DNA of 36,337 nucleotides from Clostridia bacterium. Lineage in GTDB: Bacteria > Bacillota > Clostridia > Oscillospirales > CAG-272. The translations under genes were made by a program, and so were the position numbers. This document shows, piece by piece, positions 9,327 through 18,283 of this stretch. The notes under the pieces are model-generated. The model had not been told where the DNA came from and did no database searches. It was given only the letters and a program-made list of their open reading frames with translations. Numbering within the stretch: the stretch's first letter is position 1; the number at the start of each line of letters is the position of its first letter. The stretch spans positions 1-36,337 of the forward strand of contig JAFSCG010000077.1 of NCBI GenBank assembly GCA_017436885.1. The letters run 5' to 3'.

Positions 9327-9667
9327 TTTCTTTCTCCAATCTTTTTTTCTTTTTTACTTTCGATTACGTGGCTTACCGCCATGATCGGATGGCTGAATAT
9401 CATACGAGGCCCCGAAAAGCGCATGACCGCTCGGATCTTCTCGCACATTTCGGGCTTATAGCAATGCACGCGGCAGTTGGAGCAGAAGGTTTTCGTCTCC
9501 ATGAACGGACATTTGTCGCTCCGCATCATCGCGTACTCGGTCAGCGCCTCGCACTCGGGACAAAGGTTTTTCTTTGTCCCGTGCTTCTTTTTGCAGTAAA
9601 GGCGAATCATCAAGGCAACCGTACGTTTTTCCTGTTCACGCTTGGATTCAATTTTCTGTTTGCTCAT
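9323..9667 (-). CDS. ygbA: YgbA / nitrous oxide-stimulated promoter family Cys-rich protein
   Basis: REQEKRTVALMIRLYC..LCPEC..L..YA..R..KCPF..KTFCSNC.VHCYKP..IRAVMRFSGPRM..HP. Start set at MSKQ (ATG 9667). Confidence 0.88.
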   Translation of the reverse strand: MSKQKIESKREQEKRTVALMIRLYCKKKHGTKKNLCPECEALTEYAMMRSDKCPFMETKTFCSNCRVHCYKPEMCEKIRAVMRFSGPRMIFSHPIMAVSHVIESKKEKKIGERK

Positions 9668-11339
9668 ACATACGCCCTCCGTCAACACGATAGATACGAT
9701 CTGCGATCGCCATCGTAGACTCACGGTGGGATACGAGAATAATGCTCTTTTTGTTCTTTTGTTCCTTTAATGCTTTGAGAATAATTCCTTCGTTGATGCT
9801 ATCCACGTTGCTCGTCGGCTCATCAAGAAGGATCAGTTCGCTGCCGCGCAAAAATGCACGGGCAAGTCCGATACGCTGCTTTTCGCCTGCGGAAAGGTTA
9901 TCTCCGAGTGCTCCGACACGGGTTTTGTATCCGTCGGGGAGTGTGAGGATAAAGTCGTGAACCGATGCGAGCTTGCAGGCCGCCTCCATTTCTTCTTTCG
10001 TGGCATCGGGCTTTGCGATGCGGAGGTTATCTTCAATGGTTTCGTCAAAAAGATAAGTTACCTGACTTACCATCGTCACGTTATCAAGCAGGCTATCGGT
10101 ATCAAGATTGTCAATGTCAACTCCGCCAAATGCGATATTACCGTGGCTCTTTTGCCAGAAGCGCAGAAGAAGCTTTAAGAACGTGGATTTTCCGCATCCA
10201 CTCTCACCGACGATGCCGATGATCTCGCCCTTTTCGGCGTGCATACAAATATCTTGTAATACCTGTGTCTCGCCGTCATAAGAGAATGACAGGTCGCTGA
10301 CCTTGAGGTCATTAAATTCAATCTTTTCGCCGTTCTTCACGGGAGTTACAGCAGGTGTTTCCGCAAGGAGATTGAGAACTCTGTCGCCCGAAGCAAAGGT
10401 CTGCGTGAGGTTTCCGGGCAGAGCCGAGATAGCGATCACGGGGCCGAAGGAGGAAAAGACGGTGACAACGCCAACGATCATATAGCCTACGGTCAGCATA
10501 TCCTTTGCCACAAGCAAAATGCCAACTGCAAGCGTTACAATAATGGAGATTGAAACAGCAAGCTCGGTAAATGCCGCCGCCTTCGTGGTATCGTGCTTCA
10601 TTTTCTTGGTTTCACCAAGGAGAATATCGGAACGGCGGTCGACCTCTTTCTTGCGCTGCTCACCTGCACCCATAAGGACGATATCTTTGACACCTTTAAT
10701 GCTGTCAAGGAAGTATGCGTTGAAGCTTGCAAATTCAGCACGGTAACGAACACCCGATGCTTTGAGCTTTTTCGATGCAATCAGCGGCACGATAATGCCG
10801 ATCAGCAGATAGGCGAGAAGTGCCACAAGTGCGAGATACCAGCTCGACACAACTCCTACGAAAACGAGGACAGCGACCGAAACGATGACCGCAATGCAAA
10901 TGGGTGAGATGGTATGTGCGTAGAACACCTCCAAGGTTTCGATATCCGAGGTGATCATAGCGATGATCGATCCCTTTTCCTTGCTTTCAAGCTTTGCAGG
11001 GCATAGACGGCGGAGTGCGCCGAAGATCTTGTCTCGAAGTGTAGCGAGGAGCTTGAATGCGATATAGTGATTGGAATACTGCTCAAAATAACGGAGCAGA
11101 CCGCGCAGAACTCCGCAGCCGATAGCGAGTCCGATGATAAGTCCGTAAGAGAGCACCACGCTCTCTCCAAGAGCCTTGGCAACACCGAGCGCACCGAACA
11201 CGGTAACACCCATTGCCGACACAAAGCCGAGCGAGCCGTTGATCACGGCAAGGATCATAATATAGGCAAGGCTGCCGAGAAGGAGAATGAGATTCGCCAT
11301 GATAACGGCGCCGCTTCTGCGAAGTTTTTGCTTTTTCAT
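9648..11339 (-). CDS. ABC transporter fused permease/ATPase (CydC-like half transporter)
   Basis: N-terminal TM helices; GESGCGKST, LSAGEKQR, LLDEPTSN, LVSHR. Confidence 0.92.
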   Translation of the reverse strand: MKKQKLRRSGAVIMANLILLLGSLAYIMILAVINGSLGFVSAMGVTVFGALGVAKALGESVVLSYGLIIGLAIGCGVLRGLLRYFEQYSNHYIAFKLLATLRDKIFGALRRLCPAKLESKEKGSIIAMITSDIETLEVFYAHTISPICIAVIVSVAVLVFVGVVSSWYLALVALLAYLLIGIIVPLIASKKLKASGVRYRAEFASFNAYFLDSIKGVKDIVLMGAGEQRKKEVDRRSDILLGETKKMKHDTTKAAAFTELAVSISIIVTLAVGILLVAKDMLTVGYMIVGVVTVFSSFGPVIAISALPGNLTQTFASGDRVLNLLAETPAVTPVKNGEKIEFNDLKVSDLSFSYDGETQVLQDICMHAEKGEIIGIVGESGCGKSTFLKLLLRFWQKSHGNIAFGGVDIDNLDTDSLLDNVTMVSQVTYLFDETIEDNLRIAKPDATKEEMEAACKLASVHDFILTLPDGYKTRVGALGDNLSAGEKQRIGLARAFLRGSELILLDEPTSNVDSINEGIILKALKEQKNKKSIILVSHRESTMAIADRIYRVDGGRMYEQTEN

Positions 11340-13075
11340 TTTGTCACCTCCGCATATCCTTCTTCAAGTTTTTTCTGTGTGGTATAGAGCTTTGCGTAAC
11401 CGCCGCCCTTTGCCATCAGCTCGTCGTGCGTTCCGCTTTCCATAAGCTCTCCCGATTCCATATAGTAAATGAGATCGGACGGAACGACATTGGCAAGGCG
11501 GTGGGAAATCACGATAACCGATCTTGTTTTCGAAAGCTCCTTGATATTTGCCATAATAATGGCTTCGCTTTCAATATCAATGTTGCTCGTTGCTTCGTCA
11601 AATACGTAGATCGACTTATTTGCAACAAGAGAGACGGCAAGGGCAAGTCTTTGCTTCTGACCGCCCGAAATGTTTGCGGCATCCTCGCTTATCACTTTGT
11701 CAAGACCGCCGTTTTCACGAATAAAGTCTGCAAGATTGACCTTTTCAAGAGCCGTAAAGATCTCATCATCGGTGACGGAGGGCTTTGCAAGCTCGAAATT
11801 CTCACGCACGGTAGCGTGGAACACGTAGGTATTGTAGCTGACAACGGCGAGTCTTTCGTAATAGCTTTCTCTCGTCAGCGTTTCAAGTGCCTTACCACCA
11901 ACAGTAACAGTACCACTCTGCGGACGGTACGCGCCGAACAGCATATTGACCACCGTGGATTTTCCGCATCCCGATTCGCCAACGATAGAGGTCATACCTT
12001 TTTCTCCAAAGCTCATATTTACATTCTTTAGAACGTCGCGCTTGCCGTCGTAGGAGAAAGTGATATTCTGAAGCTCAATTTCGTTTCTGTCTGCCATTTC
12101 TTCACCCCAAACGGGATCGGGCTGTTCAAGAAGCGAGATGATCTTCTTTCCGGCAGATGCGCCGTTCATAGCAACGTGGAACGCCGAGCCAAAGGCACGC
12201 AGAGGCAAGAAGAAATCCACCGCCACAAGAATGAGGAACAGAGCCGCAATAGGAGAAAGATCCCAGAAAATCACCGAGAGGATCGCCATAGCAATACCGA
12301 GACCCGCGCCGCCGTATGCGACCAAGTCCATAATGGTGGTACTTGCAAGCTGCATCACGAGGACTTTCATGGTGATCTTGCGAAAATCCTCGCTCGTTTC
12401 GTTCATCTTGCCGTGTTGAGCTTCGTCGGCGCCAAAGATTTTGAGCTCCTTTAAGCCCTGAACGCTGTCGAGGAAGGAGTCACCCATAGACGTGTACTTG
12501 CCCCAATATTTCGCAAAGATCTTTTTTGCGTATTTTGAAACCGCAATAATGGATATGGGTATCATAGGCACACAGCAGAGCAGAACGAGAGCCACACGCC
12601 ATTCGATCCATACGGTAATGCCGAACAGAACAAAGGGCGCGAGCATCGCATAAAAGAACTGCGGAATGTATGAGGAATAGTAGAGATCAAGCTGTTCCAC
12701 TCCCTCCATAGATACCTGTGTCAGTCCTGCCATGCTCATACCGTCGGTCGAGCGAACGCCGAGACGGACGATTTTGTTATAAACCTTCTCGCGCAGATCC
12801 TTCTTTGCCTTTCTGCCGAGGGTGTCCTTCAGATCTCCCACAAGGCGAGAGGCAGTATATCTGATCGCAATTCCAATCACCGCACAAACGGCAGGCCATA
12901 GGAATATGATCGCGCCTCCGCTGTATTCATCGTAGTGAATGGCAAGATTGATTGCCCAGCAGATCGAGGCGGTGATGCCTACGTTTGCGAACAAGCCGAG
13001 CACCATCAGCCCCACGGCATAAAATATGTATTTCTTGTTGCTCCCAAGCAAGCTGAGCAGGTTTTTATCTATCAT
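11336..13075 (-). CDS. ABC transporter fused permease/ATPase (CydD-like half transporter)
   Basis: TM domain with FFLPLRAFGSAFH; GESGCGKST, ISGGQKQR, VFDEATSN, ISHRL. SD GGAGGT. Confidence 0.92.
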   Translation of the reverse strand: MIDKNLLSLLGSNKKYIFYAVGLMVLGLFANVGITASICWAINLAIHYDEYSGGAIIFLWPAVCAVIGIAIRYTASRLVGDLKDTLGRKAKKDLREKVYNKIVRLGVRSTDGMSMAGLTQVSMEGVEQLDLYYSSYIPQFFYAMLAPFVLFGITVWIEWRVALVLLCCVPMIPISIIAVSKYAKKIFAKYWGKYTSMGDSFLDSVQGLKELKIFGADEAQHGKMNETSEDFRKITMKVLVMQLASTTIMDLVAYGGAGLGIAMAILSVIFWDLSPIAALFLILVAVDFFLPLRAFGSAFHVAMNGASAGKKIISLLEQPDPVWGEEMADRNEIELQNITFSYDGKRDVLKNVNMSFGEKGMTSIVGESGCGKSTVVNMLFGAYRPQSGTVTVGGKALETLTRESYYERLAVVSYNTYVFHATVRENFELAKPSVTDDEIFTALEKVNLADFIRENGGLDKVISEDAANISGGQKQRLALAVSLVANKSIYVFDEATSNIDIESEAIIMANIKELSKTRSVIVISHRLANVVPSDLIYYMESGELMESGTHDELMAKGGGYAKLYTTQKKLEEGYAEVTK

Positions 13076-13093
13076 ACATTACCTCCGAAGGTA

Positions 13094-13157
13094 GTTAGCA
13101 ACAGCTAACCACAACCCCTATAATCAGCGAACGCTACGTCGGTTAGCGTTCGCTTAC
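13094..13157. promoter_or_regulatory. Tandem DtxR/MntR-type operator boxes and an 11-bp hairpin in the ABC operon leader
   Basis: GTTAGCAACAGCTAAC at 13094-13109; GTTAGCGTTCGCTTAC at 13142-13157; inverted repeat AGCGAACGCTA (13126-13136) / TAGCGTTCGCT (13144-13154). Confidence 0.65.
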
Positions 13158-13164
13158 TCATAGT

Positions 13165-13193
13165 ATTATATCATAAAATCTGAAAATTTACAA
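13165..13193 (-). promoter_or_regulatory. Sigma-A promoter of the ABC-ygbA-ybaN operon
   Basis: Minus strand TTGTAA-N17-TATAAT with extended TGn. Confidence 0.72.
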
Positions 13194-13360
13194 GATATAC
13201 GGAAGAAAAGTCACAAAATCTTCCTCAGTTTTTTTTCGGACAAGCCGAAAAGCCCATCCGTTTTTTCTTTGCGCAAAAATATTTCGTTCACGTCAGTCAA
13301 AACACAGCTTTCTAAAACCTTTAATGTGTGAAAAAGGAAATTCCAATGCCTGGCAGCTTG

Positions 13361-13729
13361 TCAATTCCTTCTTTCCGTAAAGGCCTTTATCGCCGCAAAG
13401 GATTCCTCGCTAATATCATGCTCTATCTTGCAGGCATCCACCCTTGCGACCTCCTCCGAAACACCGAGGCGGATAAGCAGCTCGCTGATAAGGGTGTGCC
13501 TCTCGTACATTCGGAAGGCTATCTCAAGTCCCGAGGCAGTCAAGGTTATGTAGCCTCCGCCGTCAACGTTGATAAAGCCGCCGTTTTTCAGAAGACCCAC
13601 AGCGCGGCTTACGCTGGGCTTGGAATATCCCATCTCCTGACATATATCTATGGAGCGCACGGGCTTTCCGGACTTTCCGAGCACGTATATTGTTTCGAGA
13701 TACATTTCGCCGGATTCCTGAATGTTCAT
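13361..13729 (-). CDS. DtxR/MntR-family metal-dependent transcriptional regulator
   Basis: ESGEMYLETIY, VRSIDI..MGYSKPSVSRAV, YERH..I, DACKIEHDISEE. No C-terminal FeoA domain. Confidence 0.93.
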   Translation of the reverse strand: MNIQESGEMYLETIYVLGKSGKPVRSIDICQEMGYSKPSVSRAVGLLKNGGFINVDGGGYITLTASGLEIAFRMYERHTLISELLIRLGVSEEVARVDACKIEHDISEESFAAIKAFTERRN

Positions 13730-13755
13730 TGCGTCCTCCGTTTTCCGTTTTTTTT

Positions 13756-13784
13756 AGTATAACACTCTTTTGCGCACTTTGCAA
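13756..13784 (-). promoter_or_regulatory. Sigma-A promoter of the DtxR/MntR gene
   Basis: Minus strand TTGCAA-N17-TATACT with extended TGn. Confidence 0.65.
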
Positions 13785-13792
13785 CCCGTAAT

Positions 13793-13826
13793 AAAAAATT
13801 GCCGAGGAGAACCTCGGCAAATTTTT
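13793..13826 (-). terminator. Intrinsic terminator after khpA
   Basis: Stem TTGCCGAGG-AGAA-CCTCGGCAA flanked by A and T tracts. Confidence 0.8.
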
Positions 13827-14064
13827 ATTCGATCTCAACCGTTACCTTCTCGTTAAGAGAGTTGGCGGCGGCCTTCATGATAAGGCGAATGGACTTTGCT
13901 ATCCTGCCATGCCTGCCAATGACCATACCCATATCGGCGGGAGCTACCTTGAGGGTAAGGAGAACTTCTCCGTTTTCCTTTCTTTCCTCTGTAACCTCAA
14001 CGCTTTCGGGATCGTCAACGATAGCCTTGGCAATGTCGGCAAGAACATCCTTGAGTATAATCAT
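13825..14064 (-). CDS. khpA: KH-domain RNA-binding protein KhpA (YlqC)
   Basis: IAKAIVDDPESV, LKVAPADMGMVIGRHGRIAKSIR; follows rpsP. Exact start uncertain. Confidence 0.9.
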   Translation of the reverse strand: MIILKDVLADIAKAIVDDPESVEVTEERKENGEVLLTLKVAPADMGMVIGRHGRIAKSIRLIMKAAANSLNEKVTVEIE

Positions 14065-14099
14065 TATGTTCCCAACTTTGCCGGACGGCAAATCCTTTC

Positions 14100-14345
14100 T
14101 TACTCGATAATGCCGCTCTTCTTAAGAAGTGCGCGAACAGTATCGGTGGGCTGAGCACCGTTCTTGATCCAGGTCTTAGCCTTGTCAGCGTCGATCTTTA
14201 CGGTCTCGGGATTGGTAAGGGGATCAAAGTAGCCGATCTCCTCGATGAAGCGACCGTCGCGGGGGCTGCGGCTGTCAGCAACGATAACTCTGTAGCTGGG
14301 AGCCTTCTTCTTTCCGATTCTGGTAAGTCTGATTTTTACTGCCAT
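14100..14345 (-). CDS. rpsP: 30S ribosomal protein S16
   Basis: [46 protein letters not shown]; SD GGAGG. Confidence 0.98.
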   Translation of the reverse strand: MAVKIRLTRIGKKKAPSYRVIVADSRSPRDGRFIEEIGYFDPLTNPETVKIDADKAKTWIKNGAQPTDTVRALLKKSGIIE

Positions 14346-14403
14346 GGTTTTTTCCTCCAAAAAAATGTAAATGTTTTTTATTTTTTAATTTTATAAAAAT
14401 CCG

Positions 14404-15735
14404 TTAAAACGGCATTTTCATCATATTGCGGAATTTTTTACTGCCCTTGCCGGAGAACTGCTTTATCAGCTTGTTCATCTGCTCGAACTGCTTCAGAAGG
14501 CGGTTGATCTCCTCAACGGTGGTACCGCTGCCCGCCGCAATTCTCTTTTTGCGGGAGGAGTTGATGATCTCGGGCTTTTCCCTTTCTCTCGGCGTCATGG
14601 AAAGGATGATGGCCTTTGTGCGGTCCATTGCCTTTTCATCTATCTTTGCGTCCTTAAGGGCGCCCGCCTTCATACCGGGGATCATACCCGCTATCTGCTC
14701 AAGGCTTCCCATGTCCTTCAGCTGATCCAGCTGATCGAGATAATCGGTAAGGGTAAAGCGCGAGGAGCGGAGCTTTTGTTCAAGCTCTGCGGCCTTCTTC
14801 TCATCAAAAGCCTGCTCGGCCTTCTCGATAAGGGTAAGCACGTCGCCCATGCCGAGAATACGGGACGCAAGCCTGTCGGGATGGAAGGGCTCAAGCATAT
14901 CGAGCTTTTCGCCAACGCCGATGAACTTGATGGGCTTGCCCGTTATATAACGCACGGAGAGAGCCGCGCCGCCGCGGGTATCACCGTCCATTTTTGTAAG
15001 GATAACGCCGGTGATGTCAAGCCGCTCGTTGAAGCTTTTTGCAACGTTTACGGCGTCCTGACCGGTCATTGCGTCCACCACCAGCAGTATCTCCGTGGGA
15101 GTGGTGGCGGCCTTGATGTCCTCAAGCTCCTGCATGAGGGTATCGTCAACGTGAAGTCGACCTGCGGTGTCGATAAACACCATGTCGCAGCATTGCTTGC
15201 GGGCGTATTCCATTCCCGCACGGGCAATATCCACGGCAGGAATATCCGTTCCCATTGAGAACACGGGAACGCCCACTGCCTCGCCCACCGTTTTCAGCTG
15301 ATCCACAGCCGCGGGACGGTAGATATCGCAGGCAACGAGCAGGGGGCTTTTGCCCTTCTTTTTGAAGTAAGAGGCAAGCTTTGCGGTGTGGGTGGTTTTA
15401 CCCGCGCCCTGAAGTCCGCACATAAGCACCACCGTTGGGGGCTTAGGGGATATCTCAAGCTTGGAATTCTCACCGCCCATGATGGCGATAAGCTCCTCGT
15501 TGACTATTTTTACTATCTGCTGTGCGGGAAGCAGACTTTCAAGCACGTCCGCGCCTACCGCACGCTCGGTAACTCTGGAAACAAACTCGCGCACGACCTT
15601 GAAGTTAACGTCCGCCTCGAGAAGTGCGAGCTTTACCTCGCGCATACCCTCGCGCACGTCGGCTTCAGTCAACTTTCCCTTACTGCGGAATCGCTTGAAA
15701 GCGCCTGCGAGCTTATCGGTAAGACTTTGAAACAT
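14404..15735 (-). CDS. ffh: Signal recognition particle protein
   Basis: ALLEADVN, GLQGAGKTT, DTAGR, TKMDGDTRGGAALS, FHPDRLASRILGMGD, M-domain SRKKRIAAGSG. Confidence 0.98.
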   Translation of the reverse strand: MFQSLTDKLAGAFKRFRSKGKLTEADVREGMREVKLALLEADVNFKVVREFVSRVTERAVGADVLESLLPAQQIVKIVNEELIAIMGGENSKLEISPKPPTVVLMCGLQGAGKTTHTAKLASYFKKKGKSPLLVACDIYRPAAVDQLKTVGEAVGVPVFSMGTDIPAVDIARAGMEYARKQCCDMVFIDTAGRLHVDDTLMQELEDIKAATTPTEILLVVDAMTGQDAVNVAKSFNERLDITGVILTKMDGDTRGGAALSVRYITGKPIKFIGVGEKLDMLEPFHPDRLASRILGMGDVLTLIEKAEQAFDEKKAAELEQKLRSSRFTLTDYLDQLDQLKDMGSLEQIAGMIPGMKAGALKDAKIDEKAMDRTKAIILSMTPREREKPEIINSSRKKRIAAGSGTTVEEINRLLKQFEQMNKLIKQFSGKGSKKFRNMMKMPF

Positions 15736-15749
15736 ATCCTATCCTTTGC

Positions 15750-16118
15750 TTACTTTTGTGTATACGCCGCAAGGACCGCCTCGGCGGCACCGAGCAGCCT
15801 TTCGGCATTTTTGCCGTCGCCCTCCGCGGCAAGGTCCTCCGCAACGATGCGAATAGCTCCCACAGCCTCGGAAAGCGTCCTTTCCCTCTCCCGATGCTCG
15901 CCGCAAAGACCGAGCCGTTCCTCAAGGAAAAGCAGCTGCTTTTCCCCGCGCTTGATGGCGGCACGAACCCCCTGACGGGTAAGCCCGCGCCCCTCCGCTA
16001 TCTCGGCAAGAGAAAGATCCTCAAAATAATACGCGGTAAGAATATCCCGCTGATCCTCCGGCAGGGTACTGCCGTAAAAATCAAGCAGATATCCGATACC
16101 CAAGTCCTTCACATACAT
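15750..16118 (-). CDS. ylxM: YlxM/UPF0122 SRP-associated HTH protein
   Basis: LLDFYGSTL..Q...YYFEDLSLAEIAE..GLTRQGV..IKR...L...EERLGL; immediately upstream of ffh. Confidence 0.9.
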   Translation of the reverse strand: MYVKDLGIGYLLDFYGSTLPEDQRDILTAYYFEDLSLAEIAEGRGLTRQGVRAAIKRGEKQLLFLEERLGLCGEHRERERTLSEAVGAIRIVAEDLAAEGDGKNAERLLGAAEAVLAAYTQK

Positions 16119-16161
16119 CGGAAATCTCCGCAAAAACAACTGTAAACAGATTTGCTTTACA

Positions 16162-16190
16162 ATAATATCACAGACTTTTCCGTAAGTCAA
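16162..16190 (-). promoter_or_regulatory. Sigma-A promoter of ylxM-ffh-rpsP-khpA
   Basis: Minus strand TTGACT-N17-TATTAT with extended TGn. Confidence 0.7.
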
Positions 16191-16223
16191 TAGCTTTTTC
16201 AAAAAATATGTACCGAATATCCC

Positions 16224-16252
16224 TTGATTTCGCGGGTTTTATACTGTACAAT
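16224..16252 (+). promoter_or_regulatory. Sigma-A-like promoter of the DUF1538-PII operon
   Basis: TTGATT-N17-TACAAT. Confidence 0.55.
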
Positions 16253-16314
16253 GTATTTAGCATTATTCTATTATTGTAGAGTATCTGCCGAGTATTTTTA
16301 ACCACGGAGCCGCC

Positions 16315-17841
16315 ATGCTGAAAAACTTGATTCCAAAGCTTAAGGAAGCGCTTATTTCCGTGCTTCCCGTATCGCTGATAGTTCTGGTACTGGGTCTGAC
16401 CCCTTTGACGGGACTGACGGTTAAGGAAACGGTAGTATTTGCCGTGTCCTCCATTTTTCTTATTGCGGGCATCGGACTTTTCAATCTGGGTGCCGACCTT
16501 GCAATGACACCTATCGGAGAGCATACGGGCTCCGGTCTTACAAAAACGAGAAAAATGAACGTCCTGCTTTCCGTTTGCTTTATTATGGGACTGCTTATCA
16601 CGGTTGCGGAGCCGGACCTTTCCGTTCTTGCAAATCAGGTAAACGCCGTAATAGATCCCACGGCTCTCATTTTCACCGTCGGTATCGGAGTTGGACTTTT
16701 CCTTGTTTGCGCCGTTGCAAAGATAGCATACCGCAAGAACCTTTCCGCACTTCTGATGTTCTTTTACATGGTTCTGTTTGCGTTCTGCGCATTGCTGATA
16801 GAAAACGGAAAAAGCGAATTTCTGCCCCTTTCCTTTGATTCGGGCGGAGTTACCACCGGCCCCATTACCGTGCCCTTCATTATGGCGCTCGGCGTTGGTA
16901 TAGCTGCCACCATGGGAGGAAGCAACTCGAGCGAAAACAGCTTTGGTCTTGTTGCTCTCTGCTCTATCGGTCCCATGCTTGCGGTGGCTGTGCTTTCCCT
17001 TTCCGCAGGCGGCGAGCTTACGTATAAGCTGCCCGATTACTCTATCGCCGACAACGTTATGGGCACCGTTCTTTCCACTCTGACACACACGGCGGCAGAG
17101 GTCATCCGCGCCCTTGGACTCATCGTCGTGTTCTTCCTTATCCTGCAGTTTGCGGTACTTAAGCTGCCCAAGACCAAGATAATTCAGATACTCGTTGGCG
17201 TGGTATACACCTTTCTCGGCCTCGTTATCTTCCTTACCGCGGTAAACGTGGGCTTTATGCCCATCGGCTTCCGCCTCGGGCAGGAGATGGCAAAAACGGA
17301 CAAAGTTATCCTCGTGCTCTTCGGTCTTGCCATCGGTGCGGTAACGGTCCTTGCCGAGCCCGCCGTACACGTGCTTAACAAGCAGGTAGAGGAGATAACC
17401 GGCGGTACCGTATCCAAGCGCTCCATGCTTATCGCACTTTCCCTTGGTGTGGGCGTTTCCATCGGGCTTTCCGTTATCCGAATAATCTTTGATTTTTCCA
17501 TACTCTATTATCTCGTGCCCGGATATCTGATAGCGCTGGGGCTCTCGCTCTTTGTACCCGGCATCTATACCGCCATCGCCTTCGACTCCGGCGGAGTTGC
17601 AAGCGGACCCCTTACCTCCAGCTTCGTGCTTCCCCTGGCTGTCGGCGTGTGCAGCGTGCTTCAGGGCGAATCTGCTGTGCTGCACCTTGCCTTCGGCGTT
17701 GTGGCAATGGTAGCAATGACCCCCCTTATCACCATTCAGGCCCTCGGCTTCCGTGCCATTATGGCGCGCAAGGTACGCGAGCGCATAGCAATGAAGCGTA
17801 TCCTTGACGCAGAGGACGAGCAGATCATCTATTTTTCCTAA
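16315..17841 (+). CDS. DUF1538 polytopic membrane protein (two tandem domains)
   Basis: Internally duplicated motifs AEPDLSVL / AEPAVHVL, FDSGGVTTGPITVPF / FDSGGVASGPLTSSF, FGLVAL / FGVVAM. Confidence 0.88.
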   Translation: MLKNLIPKLKEALISVLPVSLIVLVLGLTPLTGLTVKETVVFAVSSIFLIAGIGLFNLGADLAMTPIGEHTGSGLTKTRKMNVLLSVCFIMGLLITVAEPDLSVLANQVNAVIDPTALIFTVGIGVGLFLVCAVAKIAYRKNLSALLMFFYMVLFAFCALLIENGKSEFLPLSFDSGGVTTGPITVPFIMALGVGIAATMGGSNSSENSFGLVALCSIGPMLAVAVLSLSAGGELTYKLPDYSIADNVMGTVLSTLTHTAAEVIRALGLIVVFFLILQFAVLKLPKTKIIQILVGVVYTFLGLVIFLTAVNVGFMPIGFRLGQEMAKTDKVILVLFGLAIGAVTVLAEPAVHVLNKQVEEITGGTVSKRSMLIALSLGVGVSIGLSVIRIIFDFSILYYLVPGYLIALGLSLFVPGIYTAIAFDSGGVASGPLTSSFVLPLAVGVCSVLQGESAVLHLAFGVVAMVAMTPLITIQALGFRAIMARKVRERIAMKRILDAEDEQIIYFS

Positions 17842-17851
17842 GGAGGACGCC

Positions 17852-18283
17852 ATGCCCGAAACCATAAAAAAAGGCTCTGCCGCGTTCCGCGGACAAAGAA
17901 AGCGCGCAACGCGCCCGGTACATAAAATAACCGAAAATAAGCTTGAGATACTTATTACCATAGTAAACAGGACCAAAGCCGAGTTTTTCGTGGATCTCAT
18001 CCAGTCCTTTGACGTAAATATGCAGTTCATTGCACTCGGCGAAGGAACCGCAGACGCAAAAATGCTCAATCTGTTAGGTCTCGCAAGCTCCGAAAAGGCG
18101 GTTATATTCAGCATTATCCGCTCGGACAATGCTGCCAAAGCCCTTGCAAAGATCGAAAAGACCTTCCGCTCCGTCAAAAACGCAAAGGGCATCGCCTACA
18201 CGGTTCCGATGTCCTCGCTTATCGGAGTTTCCGTTTTCGGATTTTTAAGCAATAACCGCATGACCGTCAAGGAGGAAAGATAA
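17852..18283 (+). CDS. PII-like protein (degenerate) with basic N-terminal extension
   Basis: LITIVNR..GEGTA..LLGL..SEKAVI..KGIAYTVP. SD AAGGAGG before ATG 17852. Confidence 0.75.
   Translation: MPETIKKGSAAFRGQRKRATRPVHKITENKLEILITIVNRTKAEFFVDLIQSFDVNMQFIALGEGTADAKMLNLLGLASSEKAVIFSIIRSDNAAKALAKIEKTFRSVKNAKGIAYTVPMSSLIGVSVFGFLSNNRMTVKEER

Noticed and set aside
13195-13360. Possible riboswitch or sRNA between the DtxR gene and the ABC promoter
   Set aside because: No recognisable aptamer consensus or convincing stable structure by eye; an Rfam scan would be needed.
16168-18192. 674-aa minus-strand ORF
   Set aside because: Antisense shadow of the DUF1538 and PII-like genes; no recognisable motifs or SD.
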